Shown: piece by piece, positions 18,455-29,212 of the stretch
How the letters are laid out: the number at the start of each line of letters is the position of its first letter
How positions within the stretch are numbered: position 1 is the first letter of the stretch
Source: Hyphomicrobiales bacterium
GTDB taxonomy: Bacteria; Pseudomonadota; Alphaproteobacteria; Rhizobiales; JACESI01
Assembly (NCBI GenBank): GCA_039973685.1
Contig: JBDWKL010000050.1
Location: 1,766 to 65,765 of the forward strand
Direction: 5' to 3'
DNA length: 64,000 nt
Made by a program: the position numbers and the translations under genes
The notes under the pieces: generated by a model
Told to the model about the DNA's origin: nothing
Seen by the model: only the letters and a program-made list of their open reading frames with translations
Database searches by the model: none

Positions 18455-20020
18455 ATGGAAAAGTTTGATAACATTCTTAATGACGACAACGATACAAATG
18501 CCGATGTTATAGGCATGGACAACGATGGCGGCCTTACACCAGCAAGACCTGATGAGCTCTTCAAAACCCCATCTGAAATGGGGCGTGATGACGTTGCAAG
18601 TCTTCTTGCGCAAAAAACAATGTCACCTGCCGTAGTCAGCGGTTTCGTCGTAATATTCGAAATGGTCTTGGTCATGGTATCAGGAGCCCTATCCATTGCA
18701 TTCGTAAACGAAGGCTCATTCACCAGCCTCGGTCTGCCAATGGCCGTGCTTTTTGGTGTGACTGTTTTATTCTCCCTCCTTGTACACGCTCTCCATCTTG
18801 ACACATTACGTGTCATCCGAGATTTGCCGCAGCAATTGATGCGCATCGTAGCGGCATGGATGGTTTGTTTCAGCGCCGTTATTTTGTCATCACAAATGCT
18901 ACCAGAGCTCAACCTATTTGATACGCGCTGGGTTACACCCTGGTTCGTCACAGGCTTCGCCCTCGTCTTCATTTTCCGTTCTCTTGTTAGTTTAGTCGTA
19001 AAAAGTTGGACAGAAGCGGGTCTGTTGGAGCGCCGTGCGATCATCGTTGGCGGTGGTGCAGAAGCAGAACAAGTCATTCTTGGCTTAGAGCGTGAACAAA
19101 ATAACGATATTCGTATCTGTGGCATCTTTGATGACCGCACAGATGACCGCTCCCCTGATACCGTTGCAGGCTATCCAAAGCTTGGCACTGTGCCTGAGTT
19201 GGTAGAATTTGCTCGCTCAGCCCGCCTTGATATGTTGATTGTATCATTGCCGCTAACAGCTGGCGGTCGTGTACGCGAAATGCTGAAAAAGCTATGGATT
19301 TTGCCGCTAGATATTCGTTTGTCTGCCCATACCAATAAAATGGCGTTCAAACAGCGTGCTTATTCTTATATCGGCGCGATGCCGTTTGTGAAATTGTCAG
19401 AACGCCCAATCTCAGGATGGCGGTTTGTTAGAAAACGGATTTTCGACATTGTGGTTTCCGCTTTGATGATCATTGCTCTGGCACCATTGATGGTTGTGAC
19501 AGCGATCATGATCAAGATGGACAGCAAAGGCCCTGTTTTCTTCCGTCAAAAACGCCACGGCTTCAACAATGAAGAAATTGACGTTTGGAAGTTCCGTTCC
19601 ATGTATACGGACAAATGCGATCCAACTGCCAAAGTGGTCGTAACCAAAGGTGATCCCCGCGTCACAAAAGTGGGTGCCTTCATTCGCAAAACATCAATTG
19701 ATGAATTGCCACAGCTTTGGAACGTTCTAAAAGGCGAACTATCGTTGGTCGGCCCTCGCCCACACGCCGTTCATGCTCATTTGCAAGATCAGCCTTGGAA
19801 TGAGGTAGTGGATGGATACTTTGCCCGCCACCGTGTCAAACCAGGTGTAACAGGCTGGGCACAAATTAATGGCTGGCGTGGTGAGATCGACAATGTTGAG
19901 AAAATCAAAAAGCGCACAGATCATGACCTTTATTACATCGAGAACTGGTCACTGGCCTTTGATCTTTACATTGTGATCAAGACCCCTTTCCGCTTGATGG
20001 ACACGAAAAACGCTTACTAA
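18455..20020 (+). CDS. Polyprenyl-phosphate hexose-1-phosphate transferase (WcaJ/ExoY-type priming sugar transferase)
   Basis: The C-terminal bacterial sugar-transferase domain carries [34 protein letters not shown] and [10 protein letters not shown]. Start placed at MEKFDN, which follows GGGGA; the ORF track starts at 18392. Confidence 0.9.
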   Translation: MEKFDNILNDDNDTNADVIGMDNDGGLTPARPDELFKTPSEMGRDDVASLLAQKTMSPAVVSGFVVIFEMVLVMVSGALSIAFVNEGSFTSLGLPMAVLFGVTVLFSLLVHALHLDTLRVIRDLPQQLMRIVAAWMVCFSAVILSSQMLPELNLFDTRWVTPWFVTGFALVFIFRSLVSLVVKSWTEAGLLERRAIIVGGGAEAEQVILGLEREQNNDIRICGIFDDRTDDRSPDTVAGYPKLGTVPELVEFARSARLDMLIVSLPLTAGGRVREMLKKLWILPLDIRLSAHTNKMAFKQRAYSYIGAMPFVKLSERPISGWRFVRKRIFDIVVSALMIIALAPLMVVTAIMIKMDSKGPVFFRQKRHGFNNEEIDVWKFRSMYTDKCDPTAKVVVTKGDPRVTKVGAFIRKTSIDELPQLWNVLKGELSLVGPRPHAVHAHLQDQPWNEVVDGYFARHRVKPGVTGWAQINGWRGEIDNVEKIKKRTDHDLYYIENWSLAFDLYIVIKTPFRLMDTKNAY

Positions 20021-20048
20021 GCAGCCCATTTTTGATCATTTGTATTGA

Positions 20049-21323
20049 TTGGATCAGATTTTGAGTTTCGTCACAGAAACATATAGCCCAATAAGCCGAC
20101 AAACTGGCCGTGTGACGCTATCGACCACAGCAATTGGCAACTTTATGCTTGGCTTTGTTGTGTTTTTGATTGGCTTCGTGTTTTTTGAGCCAGCGCCCTA
20201 TGAGCTGCTGATCGTACCGATGCTGGTTGTGTGGTTTGCTTTTGGTCTAACAATCAAACGCGGCTTCCTCCCCCTCACCTTAATGATGCTTTGTTTTGTG
20301 TGCGGCGGCATGATTGCAGCAACACAAAAGGCGGATGTAGGCGGATCCTTTTTCTACATTGTGGTGACAACCTTTTTGGCAACCACATCGATTTTTTACG
20401 CAGCCCTCATCGCAGAAAAACCCGGCGAGCGGCTTCGTATCGTCTTTAATGCCTATATCATTGCCGCGATTATCGGTGCCTTGATTGGTATTTTGGCTTA
20501 CTTCCATATTTTGCCAAATTCTGAGGCCTTCCTTTTTGGTGGGCGTGCGGCAGGTCCGTTCGAAGACCCGAACGTGTTTGGCCCTTTCCTCGCGCTTCCG
20601 ATTATCTTCTTGTTGCGTCAAATTTTGGTACAACCTCTTAATCGCAATCTCTTGAACATCCTTGGCCTGATGATCCTGCTCGCGGCGGTCTTCCTAGCCT
20701 TCTCGCGCGCAGCATGGGGGCTTACCGCTGTTGGTATGTTTATGATGGTTGCCGTTGTCTTTATCTCTTCAAACAGCCGCAGATTACGCACCAAGATTAC
20801 CATTATGTCTGTGTTCATGGTCATCTTGCTCGTCGGCATGCTGGTGTTCGCCCTCAGCTTTGAGGCTGTTTCCAGTCTCTTTTCTGAGCGCGCCAGACTT
20901 GTGCAAAGTTACGATGGTGCACGTTTTGGCCGTTTTGCCCGCTACACCTATGGTCTTGAATGGATTATGGAAAAACCGCTTGGTTATGGCTTTGGTAAAT
21001 CGCGCGAAACATTTGGCGAAGACACGCACAACGTCTATATCAAAGCATTCCTCGTTTATGGTTGGCTTGGTGGCCTCGCCTATTTAAGCCTTGTTGGCAC
21101 CACCCTTTATGCAGGCTTCAAGAACATCTTGAAGCAACGACCATGGCAAGGGTATCTCCAAGTCTGTGTTATCGTTATTGCAGGCCATGCATTGGTTGGC
21201 ATGGTTGTGGATACAGATCGCTGGCGCCACCTCTATCTCGTTTATGGCCTAACGTGGGGCATGATCGCAGCGGAACGTATTTGGCAACACCACCAAAATC
21301 AGCGACGTAGACAAGCCTCTTAA
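20049..21323 (+). CDS. O-antigen ligase / Wzy-like polymerase family membrane protein
   Basis: 424 aa with more than 10 TM helices and a Wzy_C-type loop motif (AFSRAAWG). TTG start. Confidence 0.78.
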   Translation: MDQILSFVTETYSPISRQTGRVTLSTTAIGNFMLGFVVFLIGFVFFEPAPYELLIVPMLVVWFAFGLTIKRGFLPLTLMMLCFVCGGMIAATQKADVGGSFFYIVVTTFLATTSIFYAALIAEKPGERLRIVFNAYIIAAIIGALIGILAYFHILPNSEAFLFGGRAAGPFEDPNVFGPFLALPIIFLLRQILVQPLNRNLLNILGLMILLAAVFLAFSRAAWGLTAVGMFMMVAVVFISSNSRRLRTKITIMSVFMVILLVGMLVFALSFEAVSSLFSERARLVQSYDGARFGRFARYTYGLEWIMEKPLGYGFGKSRETFGEDTHNVYIKAFLVYGWLGGLAYLSLVGTTLYAGFKNILKQRPWQGYLQVCVIVIAGHALVGMVVDTDRWRHLYLVYGLTWGMIAAERIWQHHQNQRRRQAS

Positions 21324-21390
21324 AAATACCGCTAATTCCTTGCTGTAACGCGTTGCTTCTCAATTCACAATGCGATTATAGTCGCGCCAT

Positions 21391-21467
21391 CGGAGTGTGG
21401 CGCAGCCTGGTAGCGCGTTCGTCTGGGGGACGAGAGGTCGTGGGTTCGAGTCCCGCCACTCCGACCA
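21391..21467 (+). tRNA. tRNA-Pro (anticodon GGG)
   Basis: Folded by hand. Acceptor CGGAGTG/CACTCCG, D arm GCGC-AGCCTGGTA-GCGC, anticodon stem TTCGT/ACGAG with loop CTGGGGG, T arm GTGGG-TTCGAGT-CCCGC, and an encoded CCA end. Confidence 0.95.
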
Positions 21468-21501
21468 TTCCCAATCAATAGTTGGGTTAAATTCGGAGGC
21501 A

Positions 21502-22311
21502 ATCGCCATCAAGAATTTCCTCGTCTCAGCCATTATTGATCTTTGGTATTTCGGCATAAAACAAGCCTATGCCTGTATTTTTGCGGGCCTTATGTTGGTC
21601 GCAATTCTTGCAACCAAATGGCTTTGGCCAGACGACTTCATTCTTGCGCGATACGATTTCCTCGTGATCTGGGCAATCGCCATTCAAGTTGTGATGGTCA
21701 TTTTCAAATTAGAACATCCCAATGAAATCAAGGTGATACTGATTTTTCATCTTGTCGGCACCGTGATGGAGATATTTAAAACCCATGTCGGATCGTGGAG
21801 CTATCCAGAAGAAAACATCCTTCGCGTCGGTGGCGTTCCACTGTTTACGGGTTTCATGTATGGGGCTGTTGGCAGTTACATCGCAAGGGTTTGGCGCATT
21901 TTCGATTTTCGCTACATCGGCTACCCACCCATGTGGCAAACCGCCCTGCTCTCCTTGTTGATCTATCTCAACTTTTTCACCCACCATTTCACATGGGACA
22001 TAAGGTGGGGTTTATTCGCGCTAACAATCTTGCTGTATTCGCGAACTTGGATCTACTTCAAACCGCATAAGACCTATCGCACGATGCCACTTTTGCTTGG
22101 TTTCGTGTTGGTCTCATTCTTTATCTGGGTTGCAGAAAACCTCGGCACTTTTGCTGCAGCATGGACCTACCCCGAACAGCGCGACGGCTGGAATGTTGTC
22201 TCACTTGCAAAAATGGGCTCTTGGTTCCTGCTTATGATCATAAGCTTCGTGCTTGTCACATTGGTCAACACCATTGAAACAATGCGACAAGACAAATCAC
22301 CCCCCAACTGA
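21502..22311 (+). CDS. DUF817 family membrane protein (start codon uncertain)
   Basis: FGIKQAYACIFAGLML and a multi-TM body are typical of DUF817. The only upstream in-frame ATG (21397) lies inside the tRNA, and the first ATG after the tRNA is 21592. The start given is an in-frame ATC and is provisional. Confidence 0.65.
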   Translation: MAIKNFLVSAIIDLWYFGIKQAYACIFAGLMLVAILATKWLWPDDFILARYDFLVIWAIAIQVVMVIFKLEHPNEIKVILIFHLVGTVMEIFKTHVGSWSYPEENILRVGGVPLFTGFMYGAVGSYIARVWRIFDFRYIGYPPMWQTALLSLLIYLNFFTHHFTWDIRWGLFALTILLYSRTWIYFKPHKTYRTMPLLLGFVLVSFFIWVAENLGTFAAAWTYPEQRDGWNVVSLAKMGSWFLLMIISFVLVTLVNTIETMRQDKSPPN

Positions 22312-22324
22312 GGTAAGGTGACGT

Positions 22325-23347
22325 CTATCTAATTTGATCCAAAAGACGCTTGCATTCCAACAGATCAACCAAGGTCGCTTGCAGGCGTTCGATATCACCT
22401 TTTGGCAAAATTGATTGGCCTTGCTTCTTGCTATCCCCATCATCAGAGCCAGTGATCTTACCAAGCAATCCCATGCCAATGGACTTTGCGATACTGCTAC
22501 CTTTTGTGTCATCGACCAAAATATCAGCGGGCACGGCATCAGCACTTCGGCTGCTTGCCCCGTCCTCATAGGCTACAGATTCAACCAGTGAGGATGTCGG
22601 CGTTATAGCCTCAACCAGATGGGCAGGTGCGCCGTGCGTAATCGCAAATGGTGGCATAACAGCTTGTTTTTGTGGCTCTGTAGGCTGCATTTGTGGTGTT
22701 GCGGCCTGTGGTTGAGCCACTGGCTGTGAAACAGCCTCTGTTGGCGCCACCGGTTGGGCTGGTGCTGGTGGTGCAACAACCGGCGCGGCTGGGGCAGCTT
22801 GAGCTGAAACAACCGCAGGGGATGGAGACATTATAGGTGCTGCGGCAGGTGCTGGGGCAGGTTCTAGTGTAGGCTCTGGCGCAGGTTCTGGGATCGGCTC
22901 TGGCACAGGAGCGGTCATAGGAGCTGGTGCTGTCGGCGCGGCTACGGGCTCAGCAACTTGTTCTATCGGTTGCATAACAGCTGTCGGCGGAACAGGGATC
23001 GGCGCAGCTGACGCAGGTTGAGCAGGCGCTTGTGGCGTCACAACGTCAGATGGCACTTCCGCTTGACCGTCTCCAGCATCCAACCACTGAGTTGCAACGT
23101 GACGGGCACCTTGCTCCTTCAAAATGCGTTGAACGCCTTTGATTGTATAACCTTCGCTATAAAGAAGATGGCGAATACCCCGCAATAAACTGAGGTCATC
23201 AGGGCGATAGTAGCGTCTACCGCCGCCCCGCTTCATTGGCTTTATTTGAGAAAAACGCGTTTCCCAAAACCTCAACACATGCTGAGGGAGCTTAAGCTCT
23301 TCTGCAACTTCGCTAATCGTTTTGAAGGCGTCAGGTGATTTCGTCAC
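22325..23347 (-). CDS. MerR-family transcriptional regulator with a long Pro/Ala/Gln-rich linker
   Basis: N-terminal MerR HTH ([22 protein letters not shown]...[12 protein letters not shown]). About 140 aa of P/A/Q low complexity follows, then a short conserved C-terminus. Sits next to ihfA. Confidence 0.85.
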   Translation of the reverse strand: MTKSPDAFKTISEVAEELKLPQHVLRFWETRFSQIKPMKRGGGRRYYRPDDLSLLRGIRHLLYSEGYTIKGVQRILKEQGARHVATQWLDAGDGQAEVPSDVVTPQAPAQPASAAPIPVPPTAVMQPIEQVAEPVAAPTAPAPMTAPVPEPIPEPAPEPTLEPAPAPAAAPIMSPSPAVVSAQAAPAAPVVAPPAPAQPVAPTEAVSQPVAQPQAATPQMQPTEPQKQAVMPPFAITHGAPAHLVEAITPTSSLVESVAYEDGASSRSADAVPADILVDDTKGSSIAKSIGMGLLGKITGSDDGDSKKQGQSILPKGDIERLQATLVDLLECKRLLDQIR

Positions 23348-23382
23348 GACATACCGTCCTTAAAGACGGCTTGAGAAACCGT

Positions 23383-23676
23383 CTAACCTTTGTTGATTTT
23401 ATCTTTCATCACATTGCTTGGTTTAAAAACCAAAACACGTCGAGGTAAAATTGGCACTTCCTCGCCTGTCTTTGGGTTTCGACCAATTCGCTCATTCTTC
23501 GAACGCACAATAAAAGATCCGAACGAGGATAGTTTCACGGATTCGCCCCCTACAAGGCAATCAGAAACTTCATTCAAAAATGATTCAACTAATTCGGCAG
23601 ATTCTGCCCGCGATAAACCTACTTTTTGATAAACGCTCTCGCAAAGGTCGGCGCGTGTTACGGTTTTACCGCTCAT
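23383..23676 (-). CDS. ihfA: Integration host factor subunit alpha
   Basis: 97 aa with [39 protein letters not shown], the HU/IHF arm motif. Confidence 0.93.
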   Translation of the reverse strand: MSGKTVTRADLCESVYQKVGLSRAESAELVESFLNEVSDCLVGGESVKLSSFGSFIVRSKNERIGRNPKTGEEVPILPRRVLVFKPSNVMKDKINKG

Positions 23677-23789
23677 ATTCCCCTCCTAAATCTCTTATTC
23701 CCCTGAGAAAGCTTAACTATTTCAGCACTGCGGGTCAATCTACAAGATTTCGAAAGATGCTCTTTGATCAATAAGGTGACGTTGAGGTA

Positions 23790-24767
23790 TTACCAGTTTA
23801 AGAGGATCGATCCCCAAGTAAAACCACCACCCATTGCTTCAAGCATGAGCGTGTCACCTTTTTTCACTCGACCATCTTCAACCGCTTCACAAAGAGCAAG
23901 TGGGATTGAGGCAGCTGATGTGTTGCCGTGCTTATAAACAGTTTTCACGATTTTAGCAGGGTCAATACCAAGCTTTCTTGCACTGGCATCAATGATGCGC
24001 TCATTGGCTTGGTGCGGGATAAACCAATCAAGGTCATCGCTAGAAAGTCCTGTTGAATCAAAGGCATCGTAGACAACGTCAGTGATCATTCCGACGGCAT
24101 GTTTGAAGACTTCGCGGCCTTCCATGCGCAAATGACCTGTTGTTTGGGTCTTTGATGGACCACCATCCACGTAGAGTTTTTCACGGTGCGAACCGTCAGA
24201 ACGAAGGTGGGTTGTTAAGATGCCGCGATCACTCGATGTGCCTTCACCTTCGACAGCCTCAAGCACGACAGCGCCCGCTCCATCGCCAAAAAGAACGCAG
24301 GTTGTGCGGTCTTCCCAGTCTAAAATACGAGAAAATGTTTCTGCGCCAATCACCAAAACACGTTTCGCTTTTCCGGCACAAATGTAGGTATCTGCCGTGC
24401 TCATTGCAAAAACGAACCCCGAACAGACCGCTTGCAAATCAAAGGCAGCGCCTGTTTTGATGCCTAAATTATGCTGAATTTGGACAGAACTTGCCGGAAA
24501 GGTATAATCTGGCGTCGATGTCGCAAGAATAATCAGATCAATGCTATCAGCTTCAATTCCAGCATTTTCTAAGGCTGCAAGAGCAGCTTTTGTTCCAAGA
24601 TCAGATGTTGTCTCACCTTCTGCCGCGATATGGCGGGCAGTGATGCCCGTACGCTGAACGATCCACTCATTCGACGTATCGACCATAGTCGCCAGCTCAT
24701 CATTCGACAGAATCTTTTCTGGAAGATAACGACCACATCCAATTGCAGCGGAGCGAATAATACTCAC
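23790..24767 (-). CDS. fabH: Beta-ketoacyl-ACP synthase III
   Basis: Active-site [10 protein letters not shown], plus HQANERI and [12 protein letters not shown]. Confidence 0.95.
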   Translation of the reverse strand: MSIIRSAAIGCGRYLPEKILSNDELATMVDTSNEWIVQRTGITARHIAAEGETTSDLGTKAALAALENAGIEADSIDLIILATSTPDYTFPASSVQIQHNLGIKTGAAFDLQAVCSGFVFAMSTADTYICAGKAKRVLVIGAETFSRILDWEDRTTCVLFGDGAGAVVLEAVEGEGTSSDRGILTTHLRSDGSHREKLYVDGGPSKTQTTGHLRMEGREVFKHAVGMITDVVYDAFDSTGLSSDDLDWFIPHQANERIIDASARKLGIDPAKIVKTVYKHGNTSAASIPLALCEAVEDGRVKKGDTLMLEAMGGGFTWGSILLNW

Positions 24768-24795
24768 TAATGTCTTCCTCTCACGAAATTCTCAA

Positions 24796-25857
24796 CTAAC
24801 TCGTCTTAGACGAGCCAAGGTCAGCTGTCATGTCTGACTTTATCTTTTCAAGTAAACCATTGCTCACAATGTTGAAACCAAGCTCGGTTGCACTTGCAAA
24901 ACCCTTAGGGTCGGTGCCGCCATGACTCTTAATCACAATACCATTCAAGCCCAAAAACACACCGCCGTTTACACGACTAGGATCCATCTTTGCGCGCAAT
25001 CGGTCAAACGCACCTTTAGCAAGCAGATAACCAAGGCGTGCGCGCCATGTACGGGTCATTGCCTGGCGTAGGTAACCAGCGATCTGATTAGCGGTGCCTT
25101 CTGCCGTTTTTAAAGCAATGTTTCCAGTGAAACCTTCTGTAACCACAACATCAACGGTGCCGCGTCCCAGATCATTCCCTTCAACAAAGCCATAATATTC
25201 AATTGAGCTGTCATCAGCCTCACGAAGCAAACGCCCAGCGGTTCTCACCTCTTCCAGACCTTTGACTTCTTCAACGCCAATATTGAGCAAACCAACAGTC
25301 GGACGCTTAAGGTCGAATAGAGCGCGAGCCATCGCGCCGCCCATCATGGCAAAATCAACCAACTGCTGCGCATCAGCACCAATGGTTGCACCCATATCAA
25401 GCACAACACTCTCGCCACGCTCAGTTGGCCAAAGGGCGGCAATTGCGGGGCGCTCAATGTTTGCCATCGTACGCAGGCAAAATTTAGACATCGCCATCAA
25501 CGCGCCTGTATTACCGGCTGAGATACAAAAAGCTGCCTCGCCCGTCTTCACCGCTTCAATCGCCAGCCACATGCTGGATTTTCCACGACCGGAACGCAAA
25601 GCCTGACTTGGCTTCTCATCCATCGCAATGGTTATATCACAATGGCGGATTTCACTTGCAGCCTTCACTTTTGGATAATGCGCAAGGATCGGCGCAACCT
25701 TATCCTCTTCACCAAACAAAAGAAAAGTAAGATCGGGTTGGCGTACCAGCAACAAGTTAAGACCGGGAATCACCATTTCTGGTCCCTCGTCTCCCCCCAT
25801 TGCATCAACTGAGATGATCATAGAAGTGTTCATTCGCGTAAAAAGCCCATCAATCAC
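24796..25857 (-). CDS. plsX: Phosphate acyltransferase PlsX
   Basis: [13 protein letters not shown] and [13 protein letters not shown]. The true start may be an internal Met ([11 protein letters not shown]) 12 codons downstream of the GTG at 25857. Confidence 0.92.
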   Translation of the reverse strand: MIDGLFTRMNTSMIISVDAMGGDEGPEMVIPGLNLLLVRQPDLTFLLFGEEDKVAPILAHYPKVKAASEIRHCDITIAMDEKPSQALRSGRGKSSMWLAIEAVKTGEAAFCISAGNTGALMAMSKFCLRTMANIERPAIAALWPTERGESVVLDMGATIGADAQQLVDFAMMGGAMARALFDLKRPTVGLLNIGVEEVKGLEEVRTAGRLLREADDSSIEYYGFVEGNDLGRGTVDVVVTEGFTGNIALKTAEGTANQIAGYLRQAMTRTWRARLGYLLAKGAFDRLRAKMDPSRVNGGVFLGLNGIVIKSHGGTDPKGFASATELGFNIVSNGLLEKIKSDMTADLGSSKTS

Positions 25858-25999
25858 ACCCGTTCAAGGTGCATGATCCCTTTGCTATATTTTGCTAGCC
25901 GAACCGCCCGATCAGGGCAATCGTGGTTAAAAGCCTCAATTCGCGCGAATGTGCAAGAGTTAAATACGTAAACATGTGCATGCTTTGCTCAAGAAAAGT

Positions 26000-26593
26000 T
26001 TAGTTTGGCTTTAGTTTATCTTTTAATGACGCCAAACCAGCAAATGGGTTTTGCCGCAATTCCCCATCATCTGAGCCCTCTTCTAACTCCGCACCCTCGG
26101 CTTGAGGGTATGGATGTAAGCCTAACGCTAAATGCTCCAAAACCAAAACACCAAGCTGAACTTTATCACCTTGGTACGTATCTGGGATGTCATCCTCAAG
26201 AGAGATGATCAAAGATCCATCCTCGTCTTTTCGCTCAAGAAAACGTTCAAACTCGTCTTCAGGAAGCAAAACTAAATTGATGTCCTCATCAATAATAGTT
26301 TCAACAGGCGCAAGAGACACAACACAAGGTTGATGAACCTTGGCTTTCAAGCGCCCCTCTACGATGAACTTAGTGGTGGTCCGCTTGGTAAGCGTAATAT
26401 CAGCTTCGAACTTAAGCACTTCAAGCAGATTGTAAAACGTACAGACAGCAGCCTTTTCATCATCACTGAGCGTCAATGTGGTTTGATAGCCATTGCGCGG
26501 GATGGCGGATACAGCCAAAGGCCGAGGAAGGACGTGTTCAACTTCAATTGCCTCGTTTGACGGGGTCTTCTTGCTTGTCATTGGTTTATTCAC
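26000..26593 (-). CDS. YceD/DUF177 family protein
   Basis: 197 aa with an acidic C-terminal half. Its position upstream of plsX is typical of YceD. Confidence 0.8.
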   Translation of the reverse strand: MNKPMTSKKTPSNEAIEVEHVLPRPLAVSAIPRNGYQTTLTLSDDEKAAVCTFYNLLEVLKFEADITLTKRTTTKFIVEGRLKAKVHQPCVVSLAPVETIIDEDINLVLLPEDEFERFLERKDEDGSLIISLEDDIPDTYQGDKVQLGVLVLEHLALGLHPYPQAEGAELEEGSDDGELRQNPFAGLASLKDKLKPN

Positions 26594-27146
26594 TCACAAA
26601 TTCTTGGGGGTTTGCAAAAGGAATATCGCCATTTTGCAATTCATATAAAGAATAGTCATCGAGTGCTTGGATGCAAGAAAACGCATAGGCTGAAAACATC
26701 ACAGACAAGCTCTCGGCCCGCTCGTGCTCTGGGAAAACATTGCGTTCAATCGCTTCAGCCATCGCACTTTCATCCCCGCTCTCAACGGCAGAATCATAGG
26801 CCGCAATCCGCCCATAAAAAGCTTCACCCATATTCTTCATGCGTTTAGGGACAGCCTGATAGCCTACCCCCATTTCACGCAGGGAACGGTCCATATCTTC
26901 AATAAAAATATCAAACACCTCCTGCCCAAACACCTTACCGGTCTCTTCTTCACGTTTTAATCTGTGCAACAACAAAAATGCGTGAAACACAATCATATCA
27001 AATCGGCCAGAAACTGAGTCCTCAACCCTGTTATTTTCATAGAAAACAACCTGTCTGGATTGAGTGACGACCTGGTCATAAACCCTGCGTGCAGCAGGGC
27101 TTTGGCGGGATGAAAATGATTTCAGTAGCTTTGCGAAAAAGGACAT
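26586..27146 (-). CDS. Ubiquinol-cytochrome c chaperone (CBP3-like) family protein
   Basis: 186 aa. GRFDMIVFHAFLLLHRL and DMDRSLREMGVGY match the Ubiq_cyt_C_chap pattern. Overlaps the yceD-like gene by 8 nt. Confidence 0.78.
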   Translation of the reverse strand: MSFFAKLLKSFSSRQSPAARRVYDQVVTQSRQVVFYENNRVEDSVSGRFDMIVFHAFLLLHRLKREEETGKVFGQEVFDIFIEDMDRSLREMGVGYQAVPKRMKNMGEAFYGRIAAYDSAVESGDESAMAEAIERNVFPEHERAESLSVMFSAYAFSCIQALDDYSLYELQNGDIPFANPQEFVSE

Positions 27147-27440
27147 ATTCTCTGAGTTTCTATAGGGGCTAACAAGCCGATACCTTGCCCCTTAAATCGA
27201 GTTACCCACCAAAGCAAGCCTCTTTACCTTCTATCACCTTTCGTTCAAAGAAATTTTATGGCATAAACAATGCCACCTTGTTGCCTTATTACCCTTTTAA
27301 TGAGCTACAATGTTAACCATGAGAGCATGATCTTAATAAGGTCGATTTAGCCTGCGGCTCTCTTGGTGTATACGAGTGCAGGATATGGGGAAGTTCAAGC
27401 TCGTTTGACTCTGCTCAAACCATGCTTAATAGGTGATTAT

Positions 27441-27890
27441 ATGGGAAATTTCGGGAAAATTGCTGTTGTTGCGCTGCCACTTATGCTCAGCGCATGTATA
27501 TCGCAAACATTGCAGCACGGTTATGTCGTGTCGCCTGAAGCACTTCAGCAAATCCCAGTTGGCGCTAGTCAAGAACAAGTTCTTTTAGCGTTGGGCACCC
27601 CTTCCACCATCGAATCATTCAAAACTGAAGGCTATTACTACATTAGCCAAACGACGAAAAAACGCGCAGCCTTTGCGCGCGGCAAAATTGTTAATCAGCG
27701 CGTTATTGCGGTTTACTTTGATGAAGTAGGCAGTGTTCGCAACATTGGCGACTTTGGCCTCAAAGATGGCAAGGTTTTCGATTTCTTGACCCGAACAACA
27801 CCAACCAGCGGTTCGGAAATCACGTTCTTGCAACAAATCCTAAAAGCGGCTGAAAACCCAACAAATGCTGTCGGAGGATTGGGACGTTAA
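27441..27890 (+). CDS. bamE: Outer membrane protein assembly factor BamE (SmpA/OmlA)
   Basis: Lipoprotein signal [11 protein letters not shown] followed by [15 protein letters not shown]. Start moved to MGNFGK at 27441; the ORF track starts at 27363. Confidence 0.85.
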   Translation: MGNFGKIAVVALPLMLSACISQTLQHGYVVSPEALQQIPVGASQEQVLLALGTPSTIESFKTEGYYYISQTTKKRAAFARGKIVNQRVIAVYFDEVGSVRNIGDFGLKDGKVFDFLTRTTPTSGSEITFLQQILKAAENPTNAVGGLGR

Positions 27891-29211
27891 CGGCCCCTCT
27901 AAACCGGAAGACTTAAGCAGTCGTGCACTTTGTCGCGACTGCCTCACACCACAAAAGCTCTCAGCCAATAAATCAATTCCACGATGTGTATCATGTCGCA
28001 GCCCGCGATTACTTGCGCATGATGAATTGCACACCCTCTCCATCGCCCATATTGACTGCGATGCCTTTTACGCATCGGTGGAAAAACGCGATAACCCTGA
28101 ACTCATCGACAAGCCATTGATTATAGGCGGCGGACGACGAGGTGTTGTATCAACAGCTTGTTATATTGCCCGTATAAATGGCGTTCACTCGGCACAACCC
28201 ATGTTCAAAGCGCTGGAAGCGTGCCCAGACGCTGTGGTGCTACCACCTAACATGGAGAAATATTCGCGTGTTGGCCATCAAATCCGCGAAGAAATGCTTT
28301 CGCTCACCCCTTTGGTTGAACCCATTTCCATCGACGAAGCTTTTCTCGACCTAAGCGGCACAGAACGCCTGCACAACGCCTCGCCTGCTGAAACACTGAA
28401 TGCCTTTGCCAAACATATTCAAGAAACGATCGGCATCACAATTTCAATCGGACTGTCGTTCAATAAGTTCCTTGCAAAAATCGCGTCTGACTTCGAAAAA
28501 CCACGCGGCTTTTCTGTGATTGGCAAAGAGGAAGCATTGAGCTTTTTAGAAGACAAACCCGTCTCCATGATTTGGGGCGTTGGCAAAGCATTTCAAAAGA
28601 AGCTTGCCGCCGATGGCATTACGACCATCGGACAATTGCAGCAGATGGAAGAAACCGACCTTGCCAAAAGCTACGGCGTTATGGGTTTACGCATCGCCCA
28701 ACTTTCCAAGGCAAATGATAGCCGCATTGTTTCACCTTCTCGCAAGACCAAAAGCATCTCGTCTGAAACCACCTTCAACAACGATATTTCAAGTTTTGAC
28801 GATTTATCGCGGTCCCTAAGGGCGCTATCAGAAAAAGTATCAGCGCAACTGAAAAAGAAGCAGTTCAGCGGTCACACGGTTGTTTTGAAACTAAAGACCG
28901 CTGACTTTCAAACAAGAACACGCAACCGAAAACTAACCGATCCAACCCAATTGGCTGACCGCATATTCAGAACAAGTTACGACCTTTTGAAAAAGGAAAC
29001 CGATGGCACCAAGTTTCGTCTTATTGGTGTTGGCGTCTCAGATCTTTACCCAGCAGACATTGCTGATCCAGGCGATTTGATCGATGAACAATCAACAAAG
29101 CGCGCCCAAGCAGAACGCGCAATGGATAGTGTACGTGAAAAATTTGGCAAAAACGCTGTGAAGCACGGGCAGCTCTTCAATGATGACACCCGCCCGCAAC
29201 GCGAAAAATAG
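27865..29211 (+). CDS. dinB: DNA polymerase IV with an N-terminal CxxC...CxxC extension
   Basis: [30 protein letters not shown] and [12 protein letters not shown] are Y-family motifs. The N-terminus reads LCRDC-x14-CVSC. Confidence 0.92.
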   Translation: MLSEDWDVNGPSKPEDLSSRALCRDCLTPQKLSANKSIPRCVSCRSPRLLAHDELHTLSIAHIDCDAFYASVEKRDNPELIDKPLIIGGGRRGVVSTACYIARINGVHSAQPMFKALEACPDAVVLPPNMEKYSRVGHQIREEMLSLTPLVEPISIDEAFLDLSGTERLHNASPAETLNAFAKHIQETIGITISIGLSFNKFLAKIASDFEKPRGFSVIGKEEALSFLEDKPVSMIWGVGKAFQKKLAADGITTIGQLQQMEETDLAKSYGVMGLRIAQLSKANDSRIVSPSRKTKSISSETTFNNDISSFDDLSRSLRALSEKVSAQLKKKQFSGHTVVLKLKTADFQTRTRNRKLTDPTQLADRIFRTSYDLLKKETDGTKFRLIGVGVSDLYPADIADPGDLIDEQSTKRAQAERAMDSVREKFGKNAVKHGQLFNDDTRPQREK

Positions 29212-29212
29212 A

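Noticed and set aside
18436-19140. 234-aa minus-strand ORF opposite the priming sugar transferase.
   Set aside because: It is a shadow ORF. The plus-strand frame carries unmistakable sugar-transferase motifs and TM helices.
21360-21557. 65-aa minus-strand ORF, and the plus-strand ATG at 21397, both overlapping the tRNA-Pro gene.
   Set aside because: They run through a perfectly folding tRNA. Coding there is implausible.
22600-23050. Short periodic GGTGCTGG/GGCTCTGG-like nucleotide repeats that could suggest a tandem-repeat array or CRISPR-like structure.
   Set aside because: The repeats are imperfect, have no constant spacer architecture and lie in frame within the MerR-family CDS, where they encode a Pro/Ala-rich linker.
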